From Vicugna vicugna (Eukaryota), in contig MU058444.1 in NCBI GenBank assembly GCA_013265495.1, positions 434,001-498,000 on the forward strand: a stretch of 64,000 nucleotides of DNA, read 5' to 3'. The translations under genes and the position numbers were made by a program. How positions within the stretch are numbered: position 1 is the first letter of the stretch; each line of letters begins with the position of its first letter. Positions 27,341-40,512 of the stretch are shown one piece after another. The notes under the pieces are model-generated. The model had not been told where the DNA came from. It searched no databases and saw only the letters and a program-made list of their open reading frames with translations.

Positions 27341-27849
27341 TAGGAAGCAAGTCCAAAGGGCAGCCCTGTGTCACTGGCTCCTACTTTGGGTGGGTGGGGG
27401 GGTGTGGGTCTGGAGACCCCGGCAGCATCTAAGTGGTGGGAAGCATTATATGCAGTTAAGTGGAAAAGGCATGTTCTGTAAAACAAGGGATTGCAAGCTT
27501 TTGCAGAGTCACTGCTGACTCTAGGAAGAGTTTTTCTTATAAAGGAACTTTTGAAAAACCCTTTTTTTTTTTCAGGCTGTGAGTGGGTTCATCTCAGGAA
27601 CTTTGCTGTATGGGTTGTTTCTTAGGCTAGGCATAGAGTAAGTTTCAGTGAAGTATTGAGTAAATAGTTATCAAACACCTATTGTGGGTTTCATATTAAC
27701 ATTGGTGTTTGGGAAGGGAAGCGTAGAATTCAGACCCAGGGTGGTGGACACCCTGTGTGGCCCCTATTTCCGCTTTGAGGAAGAGCCAAGCATGGGGAGT
27801 ATGATGAGCAGACAGCCTCCAGCTGTCCCCTCGCTCAGGGTCTTCCTCG

Positions 27850-28130
27850 TCTGCAGAGAGGCCTTGCTGAGGTCACACCTTCCCAGGGGAGCCCACATCA
27901 GATGAAAACCTGGCCGCTTTGACTGGATGTCGGATGCTCTCGTGGGTGCACTTACTCCAAGCTCCCTACACAACCAGCCCCAGCTCTGTCTGGTATGCAG
28001 CACAATGCAACTCCTCCCTCTGCCCAGTCCTGCTTCTGCCCCATCCTTCTTACAGGTGTGAATCCCTTGTGAACAGCTGGCACCTGGAACTTTGTCTTGG
28101 GATCTGTTTCTAGAGAACCCAACCTGCACC
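27850..28130 (+). mobile_element. Old ERVL-type LTR fragment (LTR16-like)
   Basis: cctccctctgcccagtcctgcttc and the terminal tctgtttctagagaacccaacctgc resemble the LTR16 3' end. Confidence 0.5.
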
Positions 28131-28429
28131 CTCTGGTTATTAATGATCTTACAAATAGTCCAAGAGACAAGATTGCCCTCTGGGGATGACTGATGATGTG
28201 GGATAGAGATGCTACAACATTCAGATGAGAGGGAGATAGGGGAATGCTTTAAAATTCAGCTATAGGCTCCTGATGGATCTGGAACATCTTGTGGAGCAAA
28301 CCCAAGATACTTGAGGGTGAGAAGACGATACAGGCAAAGGGAGCCAAAGTGCATGGGAGACTGTGAGGAAAGGGGCCTGGCTAGAATGAGGGATGCATGT
28401 GAGAGGAGGGAGAGTCAGCACCAAAGTGT

Positions 28430-28800
28430 TAATTCATTTAAGATCAGATCTGGCTGTAGACAAGAGAGAAACCTCTTGACAGATGTCTACTTCTCTCTCA
28501 CATTATTTAAAGAAAGTTCAGAGGTTATCGGTCTTGACCTTGACCCCCTGCCATTTCATGAACATTCCATCCTCTTTAAAGTGAAGCTTCTATCATCAGG
28601 GTCTCAGATGGCTGCTAGAGATCCAGCCATCACATCCAAATTCCAGGCAGCAGGATGGAGGGTGAGACAAAGAAGGGGATGCCACATCATTTTAAGGAGA
28701 CTGACTTCTAATTATGTCTCACTGGTCACAGCTTAATCACATGTCCACACCTATAAGGAAGGGAGGCTGCAGAACGTAACCTTTAAACTAGGCAGCAATA
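28430..28800 (-). mobile_element. Old MaLR LTR (MLT1-like)
   Basis: agatggctgctagagatccagccatcacatccaaattccaggcagcagga and cacatgtccacaccta..aggaagggaggctg. Confidence 0.6.
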
Positions 28801-29629
28801 TACATGGCTGAAAAAAAAATTCCCTATATTACATTTGAAGAATATATTATCATGTTTTATTTCAAATGGTGGAAACAAGTGACACAAAATCATACGAAGG
28901 CTAAAATCTGGTGTCTTGAAAATAATAGCGGCAGTAAAACAGTCTAGAAATTACGGAGAAGAGTTTTTGTATATGAGTATGGAATAGCAACAGATTTTGG
29001 ATGTATTCAATTGGACATTAACATTAATAATCATCTGACAGATGATGAGGGTTTTCTGTGTACCAGGAACTATGTCAAAGGCTTTACCTCTTGGGCTGTT
29101 TCTTCTGGAGGAAGAAGAACAGAGGAGGAGAGACAGAGGAAGAACCAGGCAGGGAGGGTTCAGAGAGACCCAAAGAAAGACTTCCTTGGCCATGAAAGGA
29201 GCCAACGATGTCTGTAACAGAGATGTTCAGAAAGAAGTCAACGAGCTGAGCAGTAAGAGGTCATTCGCTGATTATCTTCAGAAGTGTTGGAAGTAGGATG
29301 TAAGAATTGTGGAGGAAGGTCGGAAATAATGGATCAACCATTTAAAACCTAGACGATCCTCTTGTTGTTAGCAACAGTCAACATAACAGTGAATATTTAT
29401 TGAATGCTGACTCCAAGCCAGGTAGTGGTCCCAGGGTTTATGTGTACCCTCTGGGGTCGCTTCTCTTCTTATTCCTATCTTACAGATGAGGACATTGAGG
29501 CAGTGAGAGGTTGAGGCATCTGTCTAACGTCACACAGAGTTTGGACTCAAGTCCAGCTGTCTGGCTGTTGACTTCATGGTTGGGAGTCTAGAAAAGCCAA
29601 AGGTTTCTTTAAAAAGTAACAAACTGGCA

Positions 29630-29758
29630 TCTTGTAATGACCTTTAATGAAAAAGAATATGAAAATGAATATATGTACGTATGTGTGTGACTGGGACATT
29701 GTGCTGTACACCAGAAATCGACACATTACAACTGACTACTTCAGTTAAAAAAAAAAAA
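29630..29758 (+). mobile_element. Short L1 3' end
   Basis: aatgaaaaagaatatgaaaatgaatat...tgtacaccagaaatcgacac followed by poly(A). Confidence 0.82.
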
Positions 29759-31029
29759 GTAATGAATTGACAAAAGTCCACGGACGCTTTTCACTGAGAT
29801 AAAAATCTCACATCCATTTTCACAGGAATTGTTGAGGGTCCTTAGTGATCATTGAGTCTTCTTTCCCTGAAAAACTGTTTTGAAGAGGGATTAGTTTTGT
29901 TTCATTTTTTCCTATGTCAGTTTTTTTTTAAAGATAGTTTAAAAATAAATTCAGTGAAATTTGAAAATATTGACAGAACACATCTTGTATTTTTACTGGT
30001 AAGCTAATTGAGAGACTTGAAATGATACATTATGGACCTTAGTAAATGTCTCCAGAAAGAAAAGGGCATTCTCTTTTTACAGCAAAACATTTTAATAGCT
30101 ATGCACTGGAACAATGATTTTTTTGTGTCTCAAATTCCTTTATGCCTACAGACTTTTTAATTGAATGTCATTAGAACCTCTAGAACTTATTTTCACATAG
30201 TTTGAAGGCTCACTCAGCACCTACATAGTCACGTGTTGATTTGGAAAAAAAAATATGTGTGTGTGTATATATATACACACACATACGTGTAGCTGTACCC
30301 GATACACATGGACAGCCTGTTGGGGTCTAAGACTTAGAGATACCAGCCTCTCAGCATCCTTAACCCTGTCCAGGTAACCAGATTTATTAATGTCAATACA
30401 TGCTTTCAAAGGACTGACAAGTGATTCTTAAAATCTTTCTACCAGGAACACTCTAGTGAGATTTGCAAGTTAATTAGTCCTGTGATATTCAAAACCGGAG
30501 ACTCCTGAACAGTGTTTCTGTTTCAGATTTGCTGGTTATTAGGTTAGGCAGCTCTGAAGGGAGCAGATCTGCCTTTCCATGCAGACTCATCCATGAACAA
30601 AATCGTAAATGGGAAACGGGCTTCATTGTACCCAGAGTTGTAAAATATAAAAGCAAGGAAACAATGATCAAAGTTGATTAGAAAAAGAAAAGAAATCAAA
30701 ATAACTGATTTTTAAAGAAAAGTACTTTGGGGTATATATATTCGGTAACAATATTTTGGGGGAAACTTTATAATGATGATCACAGAGCTAGCATTCATTG
30801 GTTTTAAATATATACTTAACGTTAGATCGCTAGTTACTTCCAGCAACACGACACGAGAGCCGACAGCTACAACAACGAATGATGATTTTTGAGATCCTCA
30901 TATTGGGACTGTCTCGGGTATCATTTCCTTTCATTATTCCATTTAATTATCACAAAACCTCTATGAGTTAGATAATCTAGTTTCTTTATGGAAATGAGGG
31001 AGTGATTCTTCATTGCGTATCTTTAAAAC

Positions 31030-31195
31030 CTGAAGTATAGTTGATTTACAATGTTGTGTTAGTTTCAGGTGTACAGCAAAGCGATTCAGTTATATATATA
31101 TATATGTGTATTTTTTTCCATTATAGGTTATTATGAAATATTGAATATAGTTCCCTGTGCTATACAGTAGGACCTTGTTTATCTATTTTATATTA
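31030..31195 (-). mobile_element. Short L1 3' end
   Basis: tgaagtatagttgatttacaatgttgtgttagtttcaggtgtacagc...ccctgtgctatacagtaggacc. Confidence 0.85.
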
Positions 31196-33819
31196 ATTGT
31201 CTCTTTAATCTAATCTGTGGACAAATTTGATAAGTAGAAAAAGTGCTTTTTTTCAGGTAAGATGTTGCTATTTCCATCTCCCTTTTATGATGGATTGAAA
31301 AAAAAAACTCAAAATGATCTGTTTATTTGACTTGAAATTTTTCCTGCTCACATCATGCCTATTCATTACACACCAAGAGAAGAAAAGTAAGAGCCATGTT
31401 TTCCTCGTATTGTATCTTCTAGATTACTTCTTAATATTCCACCTTTGAAACGGTGGCGATTTCTGACCTAGGAAACCTCCTGTCACCTAGTTTAATTTAG
31501 TCAGAGCAGTGCCAGAGGAAGGGTAAATCACAGTGGCTGCTGACTTACCACTAATAAGGTGAGTCGTGGGGAGAAAGTCTTTGCCTTTCGTCTTCAGTTT
31601 CTTTACACTTGACCCCTAGCACCTTCGTTTCTTCATTCTCCTCTTTTTTTTCTAGGGTTGGCATGTACTATTCATTCATTCATTCATTCATTCATTCAAC
31701 AAATATATAATTAGTGTCTACTCAGTATTAAGCACCAGGGATGCAGTGGTGATCAGAAAGGCACCAGTAATTCCTCTCTCCATGAAGACTGCTCGGCACT
31801 GTTGGTCCCAGGACCCCTCCCATCCTGTGGGAGCTGATTGGCTACTGCCGCCATCAGCTGGTTTTTCCCTCGGGGAGAATTACTGTGTCAAATCCAAAAC
31901 CAAAAGGAAAGACCATCCCAGTGTACTTTGATTCACCTGCATCTCTTCACCCACTCAATGACTCTTTTACAAATACATTGACACCTTCGTTGGGGACAGC
32001 CCTTCAGTCTAAGTGGTGACTGACTCTGGAGGACCAAGGTTGGACCTGTTAACTTGTGTGACTCCTGATGAATCTGGTTTTCAGCAGTTGTGGGCGAGTC
32101 ACAGGGTTTGTGACTTTAGGCTGATGGTGATCTTTAGGCTGATGGTGAAGATAGTTAAAAATCTACCTTTCTGTTTCATTTTGGAGTGAGAGCATTAAGG
32201 GAAGGAAACAGAGGAGATCACACGTAAACATGGTAGTGTTCTGATCCTGTACCAATTTAGAGATTTTTGTTAAACCTCATACCTTTCATCTGTCCTAAAA
32301 AGAAAGAGAGAAATTAATACTTAGTGTGTGCCTGCTGTGTGTTGGGCCACACCCTCGGGGCCTTATGTGTCGTCTCATTAAAATTTCACATTCACCCCAT
32401 GCAATCTGGATGGTTTTACGCTGCCTATTTTGTAGACAAAGAAAGGAAAGCTTAAGGAATTTCACTAACAGAGTGTCGTCAGCTACTTATTGGTAGATTA
32501 TGATTTGAATCTGTCTCTGAATTTCATTGTTTCTATTAGTAGAGTTAATAAGTTGATGGTATAAAATATAGTTTATAGCTCACACTTTAGATGTTTTTGA
32601 AGATAAATATTGCTTATAAAATATAATGAAATACTTATTTTTAAGCTAGTCATTCAATAGTATTTTACCCTATTTTGTGCTAGCTATATTGAAATTCATA
32701 CCAATACCATCATATTTTTTGGTGATATCTCATTTCCACTTAAAGTTATGTTGCAAAATAGCCATGCATTGCTTTTATAGATGGAGTAGGGTAGAGACAG
32801 TAAGAGAATGACAGTGACAAAAGCTAGGAAAGTCAGAGTAGGTGGCCACGTTTTGGGAATGAATACTGGAGGCTTGGGGAAAATGTTCATCGGGGCCCGA
32901 TTCTCTGGGGTCAGAATGCCGTCAAAACAGAATCCTTGCCAGGCTCCTGCCTTGCATTGTCCCCTGCACCGTGACCTCTCTTACCACTTTTCTGTAAATG
33001 ATTATTTCTAAGGTAAGGATGGCACAAGTTGTCAGCAAATAAGAGTCCGCATTACCCTGGGTTCTAGCCAGGCAGAGGAATTCAAATCCAATTTCATCAT
33101 GTGCTGGTTAAGCAAATAAGTTAATCTCCCCGAGTCTCATTTTTCTTACTCATCTAATGGGCATCCTGGTTCTCTTGCTGGCTTGTGAGAAATTTAAGAG
33201 ACGATCTATATTAAGGGTCAGAAACAGCATCCCATAAAACTCGTTAAATGGTGTTTATATGCATTATACGTACATCCAGGCTGTTCTGGGAGGAGTGGGC
33301 GAGGCGTGTGACGTGGCCAGGGTGGCAGACCACGCCGGGCTGCCAAGATTGACGGGAGCGATCTGGACCAGAGAAGCTTTTCCATTTCCCTTCACGTACC
33401 CCAGCCCCTCACACACCCTTTGGATGCTGATTCCTTCCAGGCGTTCTTAAAACAGTCACAGCTTTGGCATTTGGTGTGGGTTGCTATTTTTATATGCTAT
33501 CTGTCGTCAAAGTAACAAAATTATACAGTGATTAAATCACTCTGATTTCTCTATGGACCCTAACACTGAATGTTCCTTGAAGACAGAAATCTCTCGTGCC
33601 CTGTCTGAATCCTTCATTCAACTCTCATGAATGCACACAGTCTTGCATTTATTTAATGGACATTTATTGACCCCCTACTGTGTGATAGACACTAAACGAG
33701 GTGCTGGAGATACAGCAGGAGACAAAATAGAAATTTCCCACTGTCCTGATTGTTGTGTTTCAATGGGGGAGCCAAATAGGAAAGAATCCATTATATATAT
33801 ATATAAAACCATATAATTT

Positions 33820-33972
33820 TTAAAAATTCTTTTAAAATTTTGTTTTGTTTTTATGAGGGAGAGATAATTAGGTTTATTTACTTATTTCTATTTGGAGGAG
33901 GCACTGGAGATTGAACCCAGGACCTCGTGCATGCTAAGCATGCGCTCTACCACTGGAGCTACACCCTCCCCT
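33820..33972 (-). mobile_element. tRNA-derived SINE (Vic-1 type)
   Basis: Reverse complement of the Vic-1-type head (gattgaacccaggacctcgtgcatgctaagcatgcgctctaccac), flanked by tataattt. Confidence 0.9.
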
Positions 33973-34591
33973 CCTATAATTTAAAAACAGCAAATGCTAC
34001 ACTGAAGTACAAGGTGTAAGACAGCAGACAGCACAGGCTGTATCTGAACCCAGTTGTCTTACGGTAGTGATCTGATGAAGTGTATTGTGTGCTGGGAAAT
34101 TGTGTTACCCTCATCATGCAAATTAAAATGATTCACCACGGAATCTCTGAGTTTCTCAGAACTCAGCAGGGTGAAGAGGAATTAACCCTTGGGAATTAAC
34201 CCAAGCTTTGCAAGCAGATGTCAATCATTCATTTTGCTCCGTTTTTAAGAAGACAACACAATTAGCGCCTCGTATCAGCCTCGCCCCTAACCCATGCCCA
34301 GCTGTGATTTATGAGAAGGGAAAATAACTTACTGAACATATGTATGGTTAAACTTCCTACATCGCTTCTTACATGATGCCATTTTTAACCTCACAACAGT
34401 TTTGAGATATTATTATCCCCAAATTGCAAATTAGTAGGCTGATTATGTCTTGGGTTGTCCCAAATCGTCCCATTTCATGCCCGTTGCCCTGAAGGTATTA
34501 CTAACAGTGGGCACCCCACTCCCATCCTCCCGCCTTTTACACCCAAGAGTCTCCCAAGTTATGTGATAAACTCTAGGTCATAAATAAATTG

Positions 34592-34765
34592 GGAGGAGGG
34601 CACATCTCCGTGGTAGAGTGTGTGCTTACCAGGCACGAGGTCCTGGGTTCAGTCCCCAGAACCTCCATTAAAAATAATAACAACAGTAATTAAAAATAAA
34701 TAACCTAATTACCCCTCCCCCCAAAAAGTATCCTCAAAAAAAAAGTTATCCCCTTCCCCCCCCCA
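34592..34765 (+). mobile_element. tRNA-derived SINE (Vic-1 type) inserted in older MIR/hAT sequence
   Basis: GGTTCAGTCCCC B box, CCTAATTACCCC tail, flanking aaataaat. Confidence 0.85.
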
Positions 34766-35334
34766 AAATAAATGAAGCTCAGAGAGGTCAAGAATCTGCC
34801 TAGAGTCACACAGCTAATAGGTGGTTGAGAGTGGGGATACCATGCCAGTACTCGCTCACCTAAAGCCCACGTTCCCTCTGATGTTTCACCAACACAATTA
34901 ATTAGTTCTACTCTTATACTGTCTCTGTTTTGTTCTTCCGGTCAAAGTTAGGTAGCCCGAGATTAAAAGTGACCAAAACTGGCTTTCTGACACCTTCCTT
35001 CAGTTATTTGCTAAGAGGCATTCATGTCTATAGCATATAAAGGAAAAGAAATGATGGATTAAGATAAAATGCAAAATACGTGTAGTAAGTAGTGATTATT
35101 TTCTTGGTATGCGTGTCTTTGCACTTGTACTTAGCCTGTTCTCTATGTTGACTGATATAAGGGAGCTACTGTAAAATATAATTGTTCTGGAAAGTGAAGC
35201 TGTGACTCTAATGACAATACATTGGTTATTGATCTTTCTATGACGACCTATCTTATGGGCGGGGCAGTTCATGACTTGCTCTGATGGGCGGAGCCTGAAG
35301 CGAGAGAGTTGAGAACTTTTAAACTAACCAGTTA

Positions 35335-35465
35335 GGGGGAGTGTAGCTCAAGTGATAGAGCGTGGGCTTAGCACGCACAAGGTCCTGAGTTCAATCCCCA
35401 GCACCTCCATTAAAAATAAATGAATAAACAAACCTAATTACCTCCCCCCACCAAAAAAAATGATC
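35335..35465 (+). mobile_element. tRNA-derived SINE (Vic-1 type)
   Basis: TAGCTCAAGTG...GAGTTCAATCC, CCTAATTACCTCCCCC tail, TSD taaactaacc/taaaataacc. Confidence 0.9.
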
Positions 35466-35476
35466 TAAAATAACCC

Positions 35477-35929
35477 TTTTTTTAACATTTTTTATTGATT
35501 TATAATCATTTTACAATGTTGTGTCAAATTCCAGTGTTCAGCACAATTTTTCAGTCATTCATGGACATATACACACTCATTGTCATATTTTTTTCTCTGT
35601 GATTTATCATAACATTTTGTGTATATTTCCCTGTGCTATACAGTGTAATCTTGTTTATCTATTCTACAATTTTGAAATCCCAGTCTATCCCTTCCCACCC
35701 TCTACCCCCGGTAACCACAAGTCTGTATTCTCTGTCCATGAGTCTATTTCTGTCCTGTATTTATGCTTTGTTTTTGTTTGTTTCTTTGTTTGTTTTTGTT
35801 TTTTAGATTCCACATATGAGCGATCTCATATATTGTTTCTTTTTTTTGTTTTTTAGATTCCACATATGAGCGATCTCATATGGTATTTTTCTTTCTCTTT
35901 CTGGCTTACTTCACTTAGAATGACATTCT
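35477..35929 (-). mobile_element. Young L1 3' end with an internal 50-bp-period duplication
   Basis: T-tail at the left, TSD taaaataaccc (35466-35476, 35930-35940). Confidence 0.9.
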
Positions 35930-36138
35930 TAAAATAACCCATTACACCATTTTATTTGAGCCATTTTTGGGGAACCATTTTAAAAACACTTTTTGAACAC
36001 AGTTTTCATCATTGCCCAAAGTGAGTAACACAGACACAATTTTTATCTGTAGAACGTGATGAAGGCTTTTGAGGGCTTTCTTCATATGTCAGTATATCTG
36101 GAACATAAAATAGAATGCTATTGCTTCCCCTTTGATTT

Positions 36139-36282
36139 ATTTATTTTCATTAAGTTTTTTTTTTTGGCAGTGGGGGAAGGTAATTAGGTTTATTTATTTA
36201 TTTAATGGAGGCACTGGGGATTGAACGCAGGACCTCGTGCATGCTAAGCACACACGCTACCACTGAGCTATATGCTCCCCCA
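36139..36282 (-). mobile_element. tRNA-derived SINE (Vic-1 type)
   Basis: Reverse-complement head and tail, TSD cccctttgattt/cccctttaattt. Confidence 0.9.
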
Positions 36283-38134
36283 CTGCCCCCTTTAATTTGA
36301 AACATTTAAATCGTATTATACCAAAAATCATATTGGGAATAAATATTACTTTGTTTATGTTCCTTTATGAGATTATGATGTGAACTCTAAAGCACTATTC
36401 TATGCACTTACAAATAAGATTTTATAAACTGTGTTCTGGGTTAGAATTTAAGCGTCTCTTATGATGTAAATAGAAGTGATTTGCTATGGAATCTCTGAGG
36501 ATTTCTGTTAAATCCTGGGCTTTATTCCCAACTCTCTGGGCCACACTTTGGTACTTTGGATATGTTTTGAGATCTTTTAGTCAAAGTGTTAGCCATTTTT
36601 TCAGTTCACACTCCTGTGCTGCAGAATATGTTCATGACCCATTGGCACATGTGGGTCTGTAGTGTGCAGAGGGCGTGGAACTTGGGACCGCCTCTTCCTT
36701 GCTTTCGCTTAGAGCTAGAGTTGCTTCAATATTTGGAGGGTTTTGGTTTACTAGAATTAAGGAGGGCTTCTAGCAGCCTCTTCCCTGGGAGGATATCCCC
36801 CAAAGAGAAGCAGTTCCACTCCTGAGTGTTAACAACAGGAGTGAAAGCAAACCAAACTGAGGCTGTGACGGTATCTCACGTGGTTTTGATGACATGTCAG
36901 AATTCGCATTAAATACCATGCACTTCATTCTGAGTCTGATTGGGACCCCTAGAATTGCCCAAACCCCGAGTGGTTCCCATCTTCAGAGGAAAAACACCAC
37001 CGAGGGCTAAAACAGAATGAGAAGTGTCCTGATGTTGGTTACCAGAAAGAGAAACCAAGGGCAGAAGCTGAGAGTGAAAGCTCCCTGGGAATGGCCCGGG
37101 ACCTCTTCCCCACGCAGCTCGGATTCAGCACATCACCTGCGCTGCTCTCTGATTTCACTCACCACCGCTGTAAACTGTGATGGAAGGTGCCTCCCTCACA
37201 AGATGATAACCCATGCTGAGAATAGGGTCCAGTCTTCTTTATCTTGATGTCTTCTAGAGCTTAGAATAATAGTGCCCGGCACTCAACAGGTGTTTATAAA
37301 GATAAATAAATGGGATTTCTAGTACCTTCTTCTTCTTCTTCTTCTTTTTTTTTTTTAAAGCACAAGGCATAAGAACAGACAAATGGACTTCTGAATAGCC
37401 TTGGCAGCTGGATCTATTTAATCATTTACATGTTTCTTAGCAAACTTTCATGGACAAATCTATTTTTGTCTCAGATTTGTTTCCCATGTCAGGAAGCAAG
37501 ACTATTTGTTCTGTATTGTTTGTTTTAAAAGCAACACCTTAAGAGTCTTCAGGCTGGAAGGTATTGCAGTAAAATAAGTGTAGTAGGAAGAGTGGGGAAT
37601 GCTCTGCTTCAACCATCAATAATGCCAGATTTTAAAGAGAATTTTGGATTGTGTTTGTCTGTTGCAAACTTCAACAAGCTTTATTTTCTTTTGGAAAAAT
37701 GTTATTGAGCAGGACATTCTGGGTTCCTGAGTGGGAGAGAGATTATTAAAAGTCTGTGTTTATAAAATGCCTCAGGGTCTTAGGCAGACCCTGGGGGACC
37801 TTATTAACTATAGAAAAAAGTAGGTGTAATTGGAGGGTAGACCCTCCCCTCTTCCCTGCCCCCATCCTGTGTAAGTAGCGCACTTGGTCTTCGTCATCTG
37901 AGACTGAGGCCTATTTTTTTGACCAGGTGCCATCATTTTCCATTCAAATGAGGTTGGTTTCTATAGAGATTGTTCTAAATGCATGTGCTCTTTGAGGCTG
38001 TATGTAGGTACTAGCCAGATGGCTGAAGCATGCTATTATAAGGCATGGCTCTTATGTTTTTTGTTAAGTAAAAATCATATCTTCTATCAATATAAGAAAT
38101 AGTCTATCACACCAACAATTTTGATTATTATTAC

Positions 38135-38870
38135 TTTTTTAACTTGAAGTACAGCTGATTTACAATGTTGTGTTAACGTATATATACATATATATACATT
38201 CTTTTTCATATTCTTTTCCATTATAGGTTATTACAAGATATTGAGTATAGTTTCCTGTGCTATGCAGTAGGACCTTGTAGTTTATCTATTTTATAAATAG
38301 TAGTTTGTATGTGCTAATCCTAAACTCCTAATTTATCCCTCCCCCACCCTTTCCCTTTGGGTAACCGTAAGTTTGTTTTGTATGTCTGTGAGTCGTTTCT
38401 GTTTTGTAAGTAAGTTCATTTGTATCATTTTTTAGATTCCACATATAAGTGATATCACATGATATTTGTCTTTCTCTGACTTAACTTCACTTAGTAAGAT
38501 AATCTCTAGGTCCATCCTTATTGCTGCAAATGGCATTATTTCATTCTTTTTAATGGCTGAGTAATATTCCACATATATATATGCCTCTTCTTCATCTAAT
38601 CATCTGTTGATGGATGTTTAGGTTGGTTTCTTGTTTTGGCTACTGTAAATAGTGCTGCTATGAACATTGGGGTGCATGTATCTTTTTGAGTTAGAGTTTT
38701 CTCTGGATATATGCCAGGAGTAGGATTGCTAGATCATATGGTAACTCTATTTTTAGTCTTTTACGGAATCTCTCTATTGTTTTCCATAATGGCTGCACCA
38801 AATTACATTTCCATCAACAGTGTAGGAAGATTCCCCTTTCTCCACACCCTCTTGAGCATTTATTGTTTGT
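38135..38870 (-). mobile_element. L1 3' UTR and ORF2-end fragment
   Basis: Antisense L1 motifs ttagattccacatataagtgatatc, atggctgagtaatattcc and ggctgcaccaaattacatttccatcaacagtgtagga. Confidence 0.9.
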
Positions 38871-39289
38871 AATACCAATGATTATTAATAAAATAAGTTG
38901 AAGAAAATGATCAGAGAAAAGTTCCCAATAAGACACAGAACAAAACAACAAAATAATGTATTAATTGAATTGGTTGTCATGTTGTAAAATGATTCAAGGA
39001 AGAACTCAAGTAGGGCAAAGGGGAGGGGCTGAAGTATTTCCCTTCCCAAATTTGATTGTGCCAACATGCCTAGATATTGCTTTATTTTTAGGGTGAGGGA
39101 ATGAGCAAAAGGAAAGACCAGAGGGAGAAGGACAGAATGAGATTTAGGAAAAGAGCTTCCTTGTTGTTTGAATTGACTTAGAATAAACCGATTGAACCAG
39201 TGACACAGGAGGGAACTGTTTCTTTCCCCTCGGGAGCCGCACACCAGAACGTGGAGATGAGTGTGGTGCCCAGGATCTGTTAAGGCTAC

Positions 39290-39460
39290 TCTTTTTAAAT
39301 TGAAGTGTAGTTGATTTACAATGTTGTGTTAGTTTCTTGTGTACAGCATCGTGATTCAGTTATACATATATATATTCCTTTTCATATTCTTTTTCATTAT
39401 AGATTATTCCAAGCTATTGAGTACAGGTCCCTGTGCTATATAGTAGGAACTTATTGTTTG
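39290..39460 (-). mobile_element. Short L1 3' end
   Basis: ttgaagtgtagttgatttacaatgttgtgttag..., imperfect TSD taaggctac/taagtctac. Confidence 0.82.
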
Positions 39461-39487
39461 CTTAAGTCTACCTTTTGATGTTTGGAT

Positions 39488-39581
39488 TCACATACATATA
39501 CACATATATATGTATATACATATGCACACATACATATATATAAATATATATTTATAAAATATATATATATATATATATATA
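39488..39581. repeat. (CATA)/(TA)n microsatellite
   Basis: Directly visible. Confidence 0.9.
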
Positions 39582-39647
39582 AAATCTTAAATCCTATTCC
39601 TTACTGAATACATCAAAACACCTTACTTCAAGATCTCTGATGATCTA

Positions 39648-39889
39648 TGAAGACAGGGGAGAGATGCATCTGAATGTAGAAACTAAAACAGTGGTGGGGG
39701 GTTGGGGCTGGGATGGGGCAGGGAATGGGGAATTATTGCTCAGTTGGGGACAGAGGTTCAGTTGGACAAGATGAAACCAGTTCTGTGGATGGACAGTGGT
39801 GGCAATCACACAACCATGTCAGTTTTACCTAATGCTGCTCACTAAACTAGACACTTAAAAATGATTAAAATGGCAAAATAATTAAAAAA
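39648..39889 (+). mobile_element. L1MB-like 3' fragment inserted with a perfect 18-bp TSD
   Basis: gggaatggggaatt...gttcagttggacaagatgaaaccagttctgtggatgga...cacttaaaaatg, TSD aagatctctgatgatcta (39630-39647, 39890-39907). Confidence 0.75.
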
Positions 39890-40369
39890 AAGATCTCTGA
39901 TGATCTAGATGTAACCAGCTTTTCTAGTCTTATTTGCCTGTATTCTCATTTATGTTATTTACCAGGCTGAGTAGTAGCCGTGCTCACAGGAGCAACATAT
40001 ATTAAGTTTTAGATGCCGGATTTAATTGTAATTTGCCCGAGAACCCTGTGAAATAAGTACAACCCTGATCCACATTTCACTGGTGGAGGACTGAGCCTTC
40101 GAGGGGTCCCAAAAGCTCCCCAGGTCCCATAGTCAGTGAGTGATCTGACTACACGGTGGGCCCCGGGCTTTATGGCGGCACCTGCTGCCTGCTGACAGGT
40201 GACATCCCTCACGGCTTTCTCTCTACTGGAAATAAGGGTTATTCTGTCCACCGTTCAGAGGCCCCCCTCCCCCTCCTCTTCTAAGCGCAGCCCAAATGCC
40301 ACTTTATCCATGAGTTACTTACTCCAGGTGACTGTAATCTCAACACCCGCCTCCCCAAATTCCTCTGAG

Positions 40370-40512
40370 TCTTTGCTACTCAGAGTGTCACAGACCAGCA
40401 GCTGGGCATCACCAGGGGCTAGTTGGAAATGACCCCAGATCTCCTCAATCAGAAGCTGCATTTTAATGAGATCTCCCAGTGGCTCATGTGTAAACATTGA
40501 GAACTGCAGTAT
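40370..40512. mobile_element. MER5-family fragment
   Basis: gctactcagagtgt...gaccagcagc...aatcagaagctgcattttaatgagatctccc. Confidence 0.65.
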
